Part shown: positions 37,327 to 51,700 of the stretch, piece after piece
Layout: every line of letters starts with the position of its first letter
Numbering within the stretch: the stretch's first letter is position 1
Source: Selaginella moellendorffii
Taxonomy: Eukaryota; Plantae; Lycopodiophyta
Direction of reading: 5' to 3'
Length of the DNA: 64,000 bases
NCBI RefSeq assembly: GCF_000143415.4
Contig: NW_003314358.1
Span: 568,731-632,730, forward strand
The notes under the pieces: generated by a model
The model's input: only the letters and a program-made list of their open reading frames with translations
The model's database searches: none
What the model was told of the DNA's origin: nothing
Program-made: the position numbers and the translations under genes

Positions 37327-38587
37327 TATTACTGTACGTGCTCCTTCACTTCAAACGGCCTCTTGCCGACAATGTAGATTTGCACCTTCGAAGGTAAAGG
37401 ATTTGTTCACTGAAATACTTACACACAGCAGGAAGACTTGATTATATATCTGGGGTCCACTGATCCTGAGCGGCTATTACCATGGTGAGGTTATAATGGC
37501 AATATCAACTTTATAGAGGAGAGAGAAGTGATGAATTGTCAGTTTTAATTAGCTAAGGTATTACAATGGTGATCTATAACTAGGTGCTGGTAAAGTGTCC
37601 ATTAGATTATTTTTATTTACAGTATATTTGTTATTCGCATTCACATTCGCTACAGGTGCTGAGGTAAACGTTATATTGCTTCAGACCCTCCTAAACTCTG
37701 CTCTTGAGGCTTAGAATAAGGAAGGGAATATGGATTCTCATGCTGGAGTCTTTCTAATTGGCTTGGCAAAACTTTGAAACTTTCAGGTACCAGAGCTATC
37801 ATGATAAGCATTGTAATGTGTCAAAAGTCTGAGACTGATGATTGGGTCATATGTCATAAGAATTCTTCAAGTGAATTTTGTTTTGCAGAGATTTATGAAA
37901 ATTTGTGCAATATTTGTCTTAAAAAATGTAACATGTAGAACTCACTTACTTTTAATTATTTTTATCTTGAACTTTGGTTACAATTACCTCTTATAGTGAT
38001 AAGTTGGATATTATTATGTTACTAAAAAACTTTAGTTAAGTTTTGGGATTTGTCTTTCATGAAGGATGCAGTCAGGGATGGGAAGAGTTCATAACAATAT
38101 TGGAAAAATTTTCATGTTTTATCCTAATAACATAGTTAATAAAGTATATTATTCAAATTTATTTACAAAAACATTTTATTTAGCCAAAATATACTAACAA
38201 ATGACATTGTCACAACCAAGGCTTATAATATCAAATGTATTTTTTATTATCATAGAAAATTTTAGAGATTTTTGTTTAATTAAGAAATATGATTTACTAC
38301 ATAGTTTATATTGTATTACATTCTGATGTAGATAAAAGCACTCGTTGAAATTTCAAATTGCTTCACTATGGCAAGAAATATGTGTCTTTACTACCAATTA
38401 AAATCTATTTTTTAAAAAAAATTATATTATATCACTTTGAACATGAGAATCTTACTAATGTTTATAGGAAGGTGCCAATGCTTAGCCAACATGCTAGAAG
38501 GTGTGAAACCCAGATGGGGATCTGAGAATTATAATTTCTTCAATTCACAAAGGCCAAAACAGTTCCAGGGAATTTGTGACCTTGCCT

Positions 38588-38767
38588 TTAGTGATGTTTG
38601 CCACTGCTGCCGCTGTGTGGAAGCTTGACTCTGTGATCTTGTGACTGGGGCTCTTCGTGGTGATGCCCGTGCCGAAACGCTGCTGCAGTGACAGCATTAT
38701 GATCCAGGCAAGCTAATGCGAGCACGAAAAGGACAAAGAGGTGCCGAAGCAAACTCGCAAGTGCCAT
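38588..38767 (-). CDS. Small secreted peptide precursor ending KLPHSGSSGKHH* (IDA/CLE-like)
   Basis: 59 aa with signal peptide; the 12-residue motif sits exactly at the C-terminus. Confidence 0.72.
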   Translation of the reverse strand: MALASLLRHLFVLFVLALACLDHNAVTAAAFRHGHHHEEPQSQDHRVKLPHSGSSGKHH

Positions 38768-39178
38768 TCTTGAACTGCGAATTGCTGAGCCTAGGTTGTG
38801 GATTATATAGAGAAACATCGTCTATAGTCACATAAGAAACGTCAAAAGAGGGGTGCTCATGTTATCAACAAACATGCCCCAGAACTTTTGACATTCATCC
38901 ATGGACGAATTTTTTTTTATAAAAAACCAAGACAATCACTAGCTTGTTTGCATGCAATAGTGGATAAACACAATGCGTGGAGTGTTTTGATACCTTGTGT
39001 GCAAAGCTGGGGAGCAAAACACACTGTGGGAGATTATATTCCATGGAGAAACGTCAAAAGGCAGAGTGGGGTTCTCTTAAGTAGATTCTCACAAAAGCAG
39101 CACTCTTTTGTTGACAAAAACTTCCAGCATTAAATAATAAAAATTATATTGAACATTATTTAAAAATATCTAGATGAC

Positions 39179-39423
39179 TCAAGCGTGCTTCTCATCAGCC
39201 TTAACGACAGCATGGCACCGTAACCACCATGCCCACCTCCTTGGGTCTCAATCGATTCAATACTACCAGTGTGGCTGTGGCCACCGTGGTGCAATCATGG
39301 CCTGATCCACCATACGCCTGTGGGGTCTAGCGATTCATTCTCTTTCTCTGGAACAACTCTAGCAGAGAATGCGAGCTGGGAGGCACAAAGCAATGCTGCA
39401 AGAACTAGAGAGATGCTCTTCAT
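39179..39423 (-). pseudogene. Internally deleted, frameshifted GRP copy
   Basis: Near-identical N-terminus MKSISLVLAALLCAS; an extra base after LDP gives an early stop; the ESIETQGG..EKHA tail is retained. Confidence 0.8.
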
Positions 39424-39801
39424 TGTATCCTTCTTTCTAGTTTGGCTATTAGCCTGAAAGAGCTTGGGATATCGAGCATTAACAATGTCAAACATCAAGA
39501 TTTCATAACTCTTAGTGGAGGGAGAATCGTTTGAAAATGCGGAGGGGCCGAATTATGGCATCCCAAGATCACGTCTTTGTTTCTTATTGGTGCTAAAATC
39601 TCAACTTTAAAATACACAGTCTTTCGTCCTGTTCTTGGAATCCATAGGAATGATGTCTAGGAAGCCCTTTTTTGCAAGCTCTGGGACTCTACAGAAGATG
39701 CACAAAAGAAAATTTAATCAGCTAATTTATAGTTGTCAATGGCCATATATTAACTTTAGAGAGCATTTATCATTATATGTTTTTTTCAATAGAAGGTCGA
39801 T

Positions 39802-40500
39802 TTAAGCATGCTTTTCATCGACCTTAGCTTCAGTAGCAGCGTGGCCACCGTGACCGCCACCGCCACCACGACCGTGACCTTGAGTCTCAATCGACTCAGT
39901 GGTAGCGCTATGGCCGTGACCGCCACCATACCCACCGCCATATCCACCTTTACCACCGTATCCATATCCCTCCGGCTCAACCGAGTCAGCATATCCGTGA
40001 CCACCGCCATATCCACCATGACCATACCCACCATGGTAGCCTCCGCCATAGCCACCGTTGCCATAGCCACCGCCATAACCACCGTTGCCATAGCCACCGC
40101 CATAACCACCGTGTCCATATCCATATCCTTCCGGCTCAACTGCTGCGTGGCCACGACCACCGCCGTAGCCACCACCACGACCACCGCCGTAGCCACCACC
40201 ATGACCACCACCATAGCCTTCCGGCTCAACTGCTGCGTGGCCACGACCACCGCCGTAGCCACCACCACGACCACCGCCGTAGCCACCACCATGACCACCA
40301 CCATAGCCGCCACGAGATCCTTCCAGCTCCGCCGAGTGACCACGCCCACCACCGTAGCCACCGCGACCACCGTATCCTTCCAGCTCGGCCCCCTGTGGGT
40401 CTAGCGATTCATTCTCCTCCTTCTCTGGGACAACTCTAGCAGAGAATGCGAGCTGGGAGGCACAAAGCAATGCAGCGAGAACTAGAGCGACGCTCTTCAT
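39802..40500 (-). CDS. Secreted Gly/Tyr-rich repetitive protein (GRP)
   Basis: Signal peptide, VEPEGYG repeats, a perfect internal 90-nt duplication; 232 aa. Confidence 0.9.
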   Translation of the reverse strand: MKSVALVLAALLCASQLAFSARVVPEKEENESLDPQGAELEGYGGRGGYGGGRGHSAELEGSRGGYGGGHGGGYGGGRGGGYGGGRGHAAVEPEGYGGGHGGGYGGGRGGGYGGGRGHAAVEPEGYGYGHGGYGGGYGNGGYGGGYGNGGYGGGYHGGYGHGGYGGGHGYADSVEPEGYGYGGKGGYGGGYGGGHGHSATTESIETQGHGRGGGGGHGGHAATEAKVDEKHA

Positions 40501-40873
40501 TGTTGCTACTCAAAGCTTGTTTTGTGTGAGACTGGTGTCGAGGGCTGGGGTTTATATAGAGTCTCAGGGATTGACACTTCAGCGTTAAATTTTCAGTGGA
40601 GGGAGAATCATTCGAAAATGGCGGGACCGGGGGGGGAATATGCCATATCAAAATACAACAAGATCACGGCATTGGGAAAACAACGATTTCAAAGTCTTTA
40701 TGATTATCAAACTATAAGAACCCTTATAATTGTTTTTAGAACCATCGGTGGCCATTGCAAATCGCTCCCTTGCTTATGGCACCTTGGTTCTTTATGCAAA
40801 AGACCAACCCTTTTTTATCAGTCTTTGTTTCGTTTGTTTTTTTTTTTTTTCCTTCTTCTTTCTCGTTGTTCTT

Positions 40874-44018
<3,145 letters not shown>

Positions 44019-44497
44019 GGCCGCTGCTGCTGCAATTCAAACCCTAGAAACCCTCACAGCGCCCGCGCACCTGCGATTCCCCAGCGAAATGGATCAAAAT
44101 CGAGCGCGCTCTCTCGCGAATCGGCGCGCCGCGTACCTGGAGATCCCAGATCCAGCGCCAAGACCAACGGCATCGCATCCAGGCGCTCGCAAACCCTCAC
44201 CCGCGCGTTCTAGGGTTCCATGCCGTTGCCCCTTCGCTTTCTGGCTTGCTCCAGGAAGGAGCTGGGGGCCGTACGCGAAAATGCGCAAATCCAATATGGG
44301 CCTGTACGGAGCTGCTGACTATTGTTGACTGGAAAGAGCTTTTTGGAAAAAATTTTAGTCGCGAGGCAGGTAAGAAAAAAATGAGCGCCAAAATGTTTTA
44401 ACCCAATATTTTTGAGTTGCGAAAGAAGAGTTTCCATCGTTTCTTTCTTCCAAGAAACGCTCCACAGTCTCCAAGAATCCATCTTTCTCTCCAGGCG

Positions 44498-45376
44498 ATG
44501 GCTCGATTCGCGGCGCCCACACCATCGCCATCGCCATCGCACAAGAAATCATCAAGATCGTGCGCTGCCGCCGAGAATTCTCCAGCGGCGGGAAAATCTT
44601 CGCCCAGGAGGCGAGGGGGAAGAATGCCGCTCGAGCTCTTGGATCCCCAGGGCGGCGATCGGTTTGTTAGCGGCCCGGATTTCGATTTCGAGGGCCGTTT
44701 TGCCGCCGCGAAGACGAGGGAATCTTTCCACTCGCGGCGCATGTCCTTGGCGCCGCAGCAGCAGGAGAAAGATCCATCGATCGAGCGGCGCCGGCAGAGA
44801 AGGATGTCTCTCCAGGCCGGATCGATCCACAGGCTTGACAAGAACGGCGCAAAGAAGGCGTCCAAGATCCATCCCAGCGGCGCCAACGCCAAGAACAAGG
44901 GTTCCTCGCCTCCTCCAGTCCTCGTCGAGAAGCTCTACATCGAGAAATCCGCCAGCGTTCTCTGGAGGGATGGCTTGCTCCAGCAGTGGGATAATCTCCT
45001 CGACAACACCTCTGGAGGATTCAAGAGCATCACCGTCGCCTACGAGGAGCACCGGAAGAGCCTGGAGCCAGATCCAAAGCAAGGCGACGATCAAGCACAG
45101 ATTTCCTCGCCGTGTTCTTGCGAGGGCGAGACCTCCAGCAGCAAGGACATCCACATGGTGGAAATCTCGTCCGAGGAGTCCGATGTGCCGCGCATGGACG
45201 AGATTTCTCCATTTCCAGAGAAAGAGCTCGATCAAGAACTCAAGAACAAGGGCGAGGAGCGCACCGGATGGACGAGCTATGGATTCACGGCGGCGGCAGC
45301 GCTCGTAGCGGCCGGCATTGCGATCTTGGGATGCGTCATCCATGGCAAGGTTCGTGCTTGTGTTTCCTCTAGCTAG
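44498..45376 (+). CDS. Uncharacterised protein with basic disordered N-terminus and C-terminal hydrophobic (tail-anchor-like) segment
   Basis: GC-rich ORF with coding-like codon usage from ATG 44498; TM-like FTAAAALVAAGIAILGCVI; possible 3' intron 45350-45408. Confidence 0.65.
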   Translation: MARFAAPTPSPSPSHKKSSRSCAAAENSPAAGKSSPRRRGGRMPLELLDPQGGDRFVSGPDFDFEGRFAAAKTRESFHSRRMSLAPQQQEKDPSIERRRQRRMSLQAGSIHRLDKNGAKKASKIHPSGANAKNKGSSPPPVLVEKLYIEKSASVLWRDGLLQQWDNLLDNTSGGFKSITVAYEEHRKSLEPDPKQGDDQAQISSPCSCEGETSSSKDIHMVEISSEESDVPRMDEISPFPEKELDQELKNKGEERTGWTSYGFTAAAALVAAGIAILGCVIHGKVRACVSSS

Positions 45377-47190
45377 GCGGCAGTGCTTTCTCTCGATCTC
45401 CTCGCTAGGTTTCTACCAATCCCACTGTGAAATATCCTTCCCGGATCTCTTGCCGTGCTTGCCAGCAGCACATAGACAGCGCCATTCTTTGGATCAAGCT
45501 CAAGAACACGCCGCGCGGCGTAAGAGCTAGCTTTCAGATCGTCGTGATCGCGGCAAGCTCCAAGAACACACACCCAATTCACCGCTTGCGCCTCGAATGG
45601 CATCGTTTCCGCGAGCTCCCTCGCGGATTCCAGGCGCCCGGCGCGCCCGAGAGCATCGATCATGCATGAGAAGTGCTGGTGCGTCGGCGATCGATCGAAA
45701 TCTAAGCTCATCGACACGAACAGGCACCGCGCGTCATACAGTCGGCTCCCAAGAATCGCCGGGACGAAGGAGATCTCGTCGGGGAAATCGACGGTCTTCA
45801 TCGAATGGAAGAGCTGGAGGGCCTCATCGAGCCGTCCGTTTTGGCAGTAGCCAGCCAATAGCACATTCCACGACATGGTATCGCGCTCGGGGGAGGTATC
45901 CAAAAGATTCTTAGCATCAACAAGATGCCCGGCTTGGGCATATGCCACAATCATCGCATTCCAGGACACAAGATTCCGGCATTGCATCTTATGGAATATC
46001 CACTTGGCTACATCGAGATGCCCGGCTCGAGCATATTCTCCCAGCAATGCTGTCCACAACACAACGTCTAGGAGGTTTGGGTTTTGGAGAATGTTCTCCA
46101 TCGCTGCATGGAGATTCCCACTGTGGGAATATACTGGGAGCATTGCAGTCCATGAGATGGAATCGTGCTCCGGCATGCTGTGAAAGATTCTCTCGGATTC
46201 TTCAAAGAGGTAGCTGTTTGTATAGGCGGCCAGCAAGCAAGAGTAGGAGACTCTGTCTTTACAGGGAATCTTTTGGAAAAGATCGGTAACATTTTTTACA
46301 AGACCAGATTGAGCATATGCTGCAAAGAGTGAATTCCAGCAGACGAGATCCCAACAGGGCATCTCAAGGAGGAGATTCTTGGCCTCATCAAGATGCCCAG
46401 ACTGGGAATAGGCCTTTATCATTAAAGTCACCGAGAGAATATCCCTGGCAGGCATCTTTTCAAACAACTCCCGGGCTTTGCTGAGCTTCTTCGCTCGTAT
46501 GTATGATTCGAAAAGAGTTGTCCACGATACCAAGCTCCATTCGGGCATTTGGAAGAAGATTCTCTCGGCATTAGAGAGATCCCCAGTTCCGGCATATACT
46601 GATAGCATCAAGTTCCAAGTGATGATGTTTCTCTCGGGCATTTGAAATACGAGAATTTGAGCTTCGCTAACAAGATCTAAAATGCAGTAGCACGTAAGAA
46701 ACGCATTCCAAGTTACTAGATTATGCTCGGGCATCGATAGAAAGATATGCCTTGACTCCTCTAGATGCCCTTCTTGGGCATATGCAGTAAGCATGGATGT
46801 CCAAAGAACCAGATCTCTTTGCGGGATTTCGTCCAGAACTCGCTTAGCGTGTGCGAGAGAGCCACTCTTCACGTATGCGACGAGCATAGTCGTCCACAGT
46901 ATGAGATTCTTCCCTTGGATTTGATCAAAGAGCTTCTGGGCGCTGTTGATCTCGCCGCTCTTGCAGTACCCGGAGAGAAGGTGGTAGTAGGAAAAAGAGG
47001 ATGGGTTTTCCATGGAGTCGAGAACCTCCCTCGCGCGCTCGAGGCTCCCCAGCCTCGCGTACATCTCGATGAGCTTGTCGTGGAGGAATGCATCGTGTCC
47101 GAGCAGCGGTTTGATGCGCTGGTGGATTCGCAGCGCGGTGGCGATGGTGGAGCAGTCCTGGATTTGCTGGATGCAAAAGCTTCTCTCCAT
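45373..47190 (-). CDS. PLS/short-repeat PPR protein with E domain
   Basis: Tandem ~31-aa repeats (MPERNxxSW..ML.AY) and an E domain (HFSCMIDALGRAG..VYVLLAS); likely ATG at 47190. Confidence 0.92.
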   Translation of the reverse strand: MERSFCIQQIQDCSTIATALRIHQRIKPLLGHDAFLHDKLIEMYARLGSLERAREVLDSMENPSSFSYYHLLSGYCKSGEINSAQKLFDQIQGKNLILWTTMLVAYVKSGSLAHAKRVLDEIPQRDLVLWTSMLTAYAQEGHLEESRHIFLSMPEHNLVTWNAFLTCYCILDLVSEAQILVFQMPERNIITWNLMLSVYAGTGDLSNAERIFFQMPEWSLVSWTTLFESYIRAKKLSKARELFEKMPARDILSVTLMIKAYSQSGHLDEAKNLLLEMPCWDLVCWNSLFAAYAQSGLVKNVTDLFQKIPCKDRVSYSCLLAAYTNSYLFEESERIFHSMPEHDSISWTAMLPVYSHSGNLHAAMENILQNPNLLDVVLWTALLGEYARAGHLDVAKWIFHKMQCRNLVSWNAMIVAYAQAGHLVDAKNLLDTSPERDTMSWNVLLAGYCQNGRLDEALQLFHSMKTVDFPDEISFVPAILGSRLYDARCLFVSMSLDFDRSPTHQHFSCMIDALGRAGRLESARELAETMPFEAQAVNWVCVLGACRDHDDLKASSYAARRVLELDPKNGAVYVLLASTARDPGRIFHSGIGRNLARRSRESTAA

Positions 47191-47729
47191 TGAAGACCTT
47201 TGGTAGCATTTGCGTAAAAGAGAAGAGAGAATCTTTTGAAACGTATTGTGCGCGAAACTTAGTCGCCCAAAACAGTAAAAAAGAAAAATGCCACCTTGGT
47301 TTCTGGATCGCGCAACCAACCAGATCAAGATAAGACGCCGCGCGAACACCGCCCAGGGTCTCTCGCGAATTAAATTCGCTGCGCTGCAATCACCTATCCA
47401 TGCCTTTAAATGTATGCACAGATTTCCTGGGTTCTGGGAGCGCGGCGGTCTCGCTTCCATCGAGGAGAAATGGGAGCACCGAACGAATCCCCGAAAGGCC
47501 AAGCCAAGCCAAGAAAAAAAAAAGAGAGAAAGAAACGAGGAGAGAGGAGAGGAGAGGAGAGGATCAAATCGTGCTCGTTGCAATGGAGCTTTCATGTATA
47601 GAGCTTTGACAATAGAGTTACAGACAACACCAAAGACATGGAGGAATCAAACTGTACAAAGGGGAAGAACAGTAGCCACCGCCGCTGGGCTTTGGAGGCT
47701 GTGTTTCTTCGCGGATCGATCTTTCGCCA

Positions 47730-48184
47730 TCAGGGATTGAAATCGTAGATGTAGTCGACGTGGTCCTGCTGCTGATGATCCGGATGATCGCGCGGCGACG
47801 CGGTGAGCTTCTACGGAAGAAATCAAGCGTTAAAAACAAGTATCTCACTCCACCCCAAGTGAATCTCACCTCAGTTTTTCCACCGGCCACAGCACTCGCG
47901 GACGCTACCGCGTTGACACTCTTGTCATTCGCCACTGAAACAAAACAAAGAGATCTCTACATGAGCGATTTGCAAGACAAAGTAGCCATGAAGCAACGAG
48001 CGTTCATGCAAAGCCATGCACTTCTTTCTCCATAGCTAAAAACTCATCTCAAAGCTTACACACACGAAGAAACAGATAGTGTATGGAGTTAGAGCTAGAG
48101 CTTGCCTGTGGAGTCCTTGACAGGCCTGGCAGCCATAGCAGCGGCCACTAACAGCACAAAGAAGAAGAAAACGAGGCGAGACAT
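47730..48184 (-). CDS. Phytosulfokine-like sulfopeptide precursor (exons 48106-48184, 47870-47934, 47730-47810)
   Basis: Spliced product MSRLVFFFFVLLVAAAMAARPVKDST-VANDKSVNAVASASAVAGGKTE-KLTASPRDHPDHQQQDHVDYIYDFNP*, with signal peptide, AARP and HxDYIY; the first intron is GC-AG. Confidence 0.75.
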
Positions 48185-48720
48185 GATACAATCGATCAAA
48201 AGCTTGCGAAATCTTTGCAGAGACTCGGAGAAACTCTTTGGAGCTGCGCTAGAGATCTAGAGCAATGAAACAAGTTTGCCGAGAAAGAAAAAGAGCTTCC
48301 AAAGACTAGCTTTCGAGCGAGCAAAGAGGAGAAAAGAGAGATGGAGGACGAAAGACGACGGCGGCGGCGGTGTATATATACGGCTCCAACAAAGAGACAC
48401 GGCGTGGACGGATAGGATGCGATCAAGGAAGACAAGGCCTGCAAGCGCGACACGTGGACGGCATTGACCAGACAGAATGCTGACTAGGAAGAAGCCACAA
48501 ATCCAAACTAGATAAAATAGAAACCATGGAAGAACTCTCTCCATTAATTTTGCGGTGTTTCCAAAGAGAGAGCATGTCCCCCAAAATCTTTTATTTCATT
48601 TCATCCAATCTTGGAAGTTCCAACTATAGAGACTGTGATCCTCTCAAGAATGCTTGATATACACAGTGAGTTCTCCCAGAGATATCCAATCTATAAACTA
48701 TCTCTACGCAAAGATTTACG

Positions 48721-51700
48721 TTACGCTGCTATGGTACCTTCGTTCTCCTGTGGCATGCCTTTGATGGTTCTTCGCTTCCATATCGCGGACTTTGGATCGA
48801 ACGCCAATTCCCATGTTGGCCAGTAGTGCAAATCCTGCTTGAGCGTCAAAACCCGTGGCTTGCCGTTCAAATGGACCACTTTGACGCGCACAAAGTCTCC
48901 ATGGTTGAGTTCCTACAAAAAAAAAACAATATCAAGATCGCTACTATCGCACTAAACCCAAAAGCCAAACCTTGACAACTTCGATAAACGTTTGCAAGTC
49001 CGGTGTCTTGTTCCCATTCACTTCCACGATCCATTGAAGAGCATAAAGGCCATATCTGTGAGCGGGACTTCCATGGCACCACCTGACAATCACGAATATC
49101 AACCAAATGAGGCACTGCTAAAAATGAAAGAGTTTTGCCGAGTTACCTGGCAACGTAAACTCCATGGCCCTCTTCCGGGAGAAAGCCCAGTGCTCTTACA
49201 GCCGGATGAGGATCTTGGACGACGCAGCCTGCCCAGTTCACCATTTGCATCGTGCCAAAACCATCGCGGACGTCCGTTCCAATCACAATCTCTACTTCGA
49301 CACCCTGATGGTAGCGAGAGATTTACGACAAAAGTAGCAGAGGTTTTTGCGTTACCTGTCGAAAGACGGTCATGTGTAGTTCGTCAGTTTCGCCCTCTTC
49401 AGCACGTTGGCAGGCTTGCTCAACGTCTTGAAAGCAAGTTATAGGCATGTTGTTGATTGCCAGTAACATATCGCTTTGCTCGAGTGCAGACTCCGCCTTA
49501 GAGCCCGCTAAACAGCCTTTCACCCGCAACACTTGACGTCTTATTGGATCTTTTTTAGCTAGAGCCTGCAATTGTTGTGTCAGTAAACACAACACTGAAA
49601 AGAAGTGTTCGCTTACCTGAACCCATTTATCGCTAAGACCAAAGCTCCTTGCTTTTGACAACAACGTCGGATAGAGCTCAACTTCCAGAACGCGAACCAG
49701 GGGCATACGTCTCTCAATGCCGTTGATATGTAAAGGTGGTCCTCTGTGTCCATCGACAATCCCGTCGCGTATTTCACTGATGTACGATATTGGAATGCCT
49801 CGAACGAACTGGTGATCTTCCGGAGAGCTATCGCCGTATTTAACCTGCTTATTGATGGATTATAAACATGAGCCATAAAGCCTTTGTTCTTACTTGAGTT
49901 GAGAAGCTAGCCCAAAGAGCTTGTACTCTCCCTTCGTCGTCGGCAAGAACTCCCGAAAACGTATGGCCAAAATCTGAGGGATCAAACTCAACGTGAGAAG
50001 ATTGTGAAGACTACAACATACCAGTATCAATCTCAACAACTTCCATGTTCATTGCTCGATATCGTGGACAATCTGCTGCCCCCACATTCAGCGAAGCGGC
50101 AGGGTTGGTCACTACTGACTTGCGTGACGTAGCCTGCATGCTCCTGCTCAGACCAACTAGGTGAACGGCATCACCTCTTTTCAGTGGTTCTGCAGATAAA
50201 CGCGTCTAAGATGCTTAGGTAACGGCAAAAGAAAGCTACAAACCCGGGTGTAAGACAGCAGCTCGGACGGCGGCTGCTCCAGCTTCTCCTAGAGCCGACG
50301 GATTATAAGCAACAACCGCAAAGTCGTGTATTGGATGTAAGAACACCACCTAAGTAGCGGAGTCAGCAGATTGAAAGCTATTTCAAGATTACCTCAGCAG
50401 GAATCTCGATTGGAATTGCGGCAAAAGAAAGCATTATATCGGCAACTGAAATTGCGACAGTGTTTCTGTCCACGGCTATAAGGCCCAAGTCGGAGGAGTG
50501 ATGTATAATGATCCCCGTACCAAAGAAGTGCTGGGCATGCACGCCATCCAGTAGTGAAGACGGTGGAATATGAACCTGCATCACTAAAAGCATCTCAACA
50601 ACGCCAAAACGAAAATCCGCTTTCTTACCTCCATCATAACGAGAGTCGGCTCTAAAACCTGCTCAACACCTGAAGCACCACCTGTTACTTCTGGAGTTTG
50701 AGAATCAACAACTTCCGCAAGAATGTCAGGCTGATTATCTTCCGGAACAGCTAGAAGCTCGTTCACTCGTCTTCTCTTAGTTTCTCCTTGGTTCAAAGAC
50801 CCGTCGCTCAGCTGGTTGCCTTCGTCACTTTGCAAGCCATCTTCGGCGCTCATTGAAACCGCAACTCCTCCTCTACATTCGATAGCAGAACCGTCTTGTA
50901 AAGCACCTGACATCTTGCATGGTCCCTGCTTCTCGTCACTATGAAAAGTTGAAACAGGTTTACTGGATATGGCCGGACGAGGATTCCAAAGTCCAGTAGA
51001 ATCATCACGAACATAGATTTGCGGAGGTGCATACCATTCGTGCCTTTCAATGGTCACCAGCACAGACTAGAGAAAACAAAATCCTTTAAGACGAGCAGGA
51101 CGTCAAATATATGTAAAATGCTCACCTTGCCTCTATGCCGATCGCTGTACACATAGAATTCTAGTGGGACACGCGCACCAGGGGCAAGTTTACCAAAACC
51201 GACAATAAGATCTTCCAGGGTTGAAATGCTTTCTCCAGCAAGCTTTTTGATTATCCCAAACTTTGGAACCCCTGCTCGCGACAGCATGTACCTTCAAGAG
51301 AAAAAAGCTCAGCGATACAACTCTCACATGATCGTGCTTACCCCGGATCTGCGACATATACAAGTCCACAGTTAAAGCGAAAATTCCGAGCCTGTAAGTC
51401 CACGTGCATTATTAACACAACAGTTCAACAAGCCAACGAACCTGCTGATAAGACAGAGGATGGATGATGGCTCCACTCATTTCTAAAAAGTAATTAGGCG
51501 TGATTGAATGCAAGTCTTGCACCTGCTTTCAACTTCAGCATTTGACAGTTAAAGGAATATTTACACATACCTTCAACGTGACTTGAACATCTTTTCCACC
51601 TCTCTCGAGTTCGAGCTCCACGTCTTTGTCAACGTTGTCGTCAAGGAGTATTTCAAGTCTTAAAAACTGTGTTACTACCTGTCCCATTCCAAGTGTTAGC

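Noticed and set aside
32647-40404. Thr/Val/Met-rich ORFs overlapping the GRP genes
   Set aside because: Alternate-frame and antisense shadows of Gly-rich repeats.
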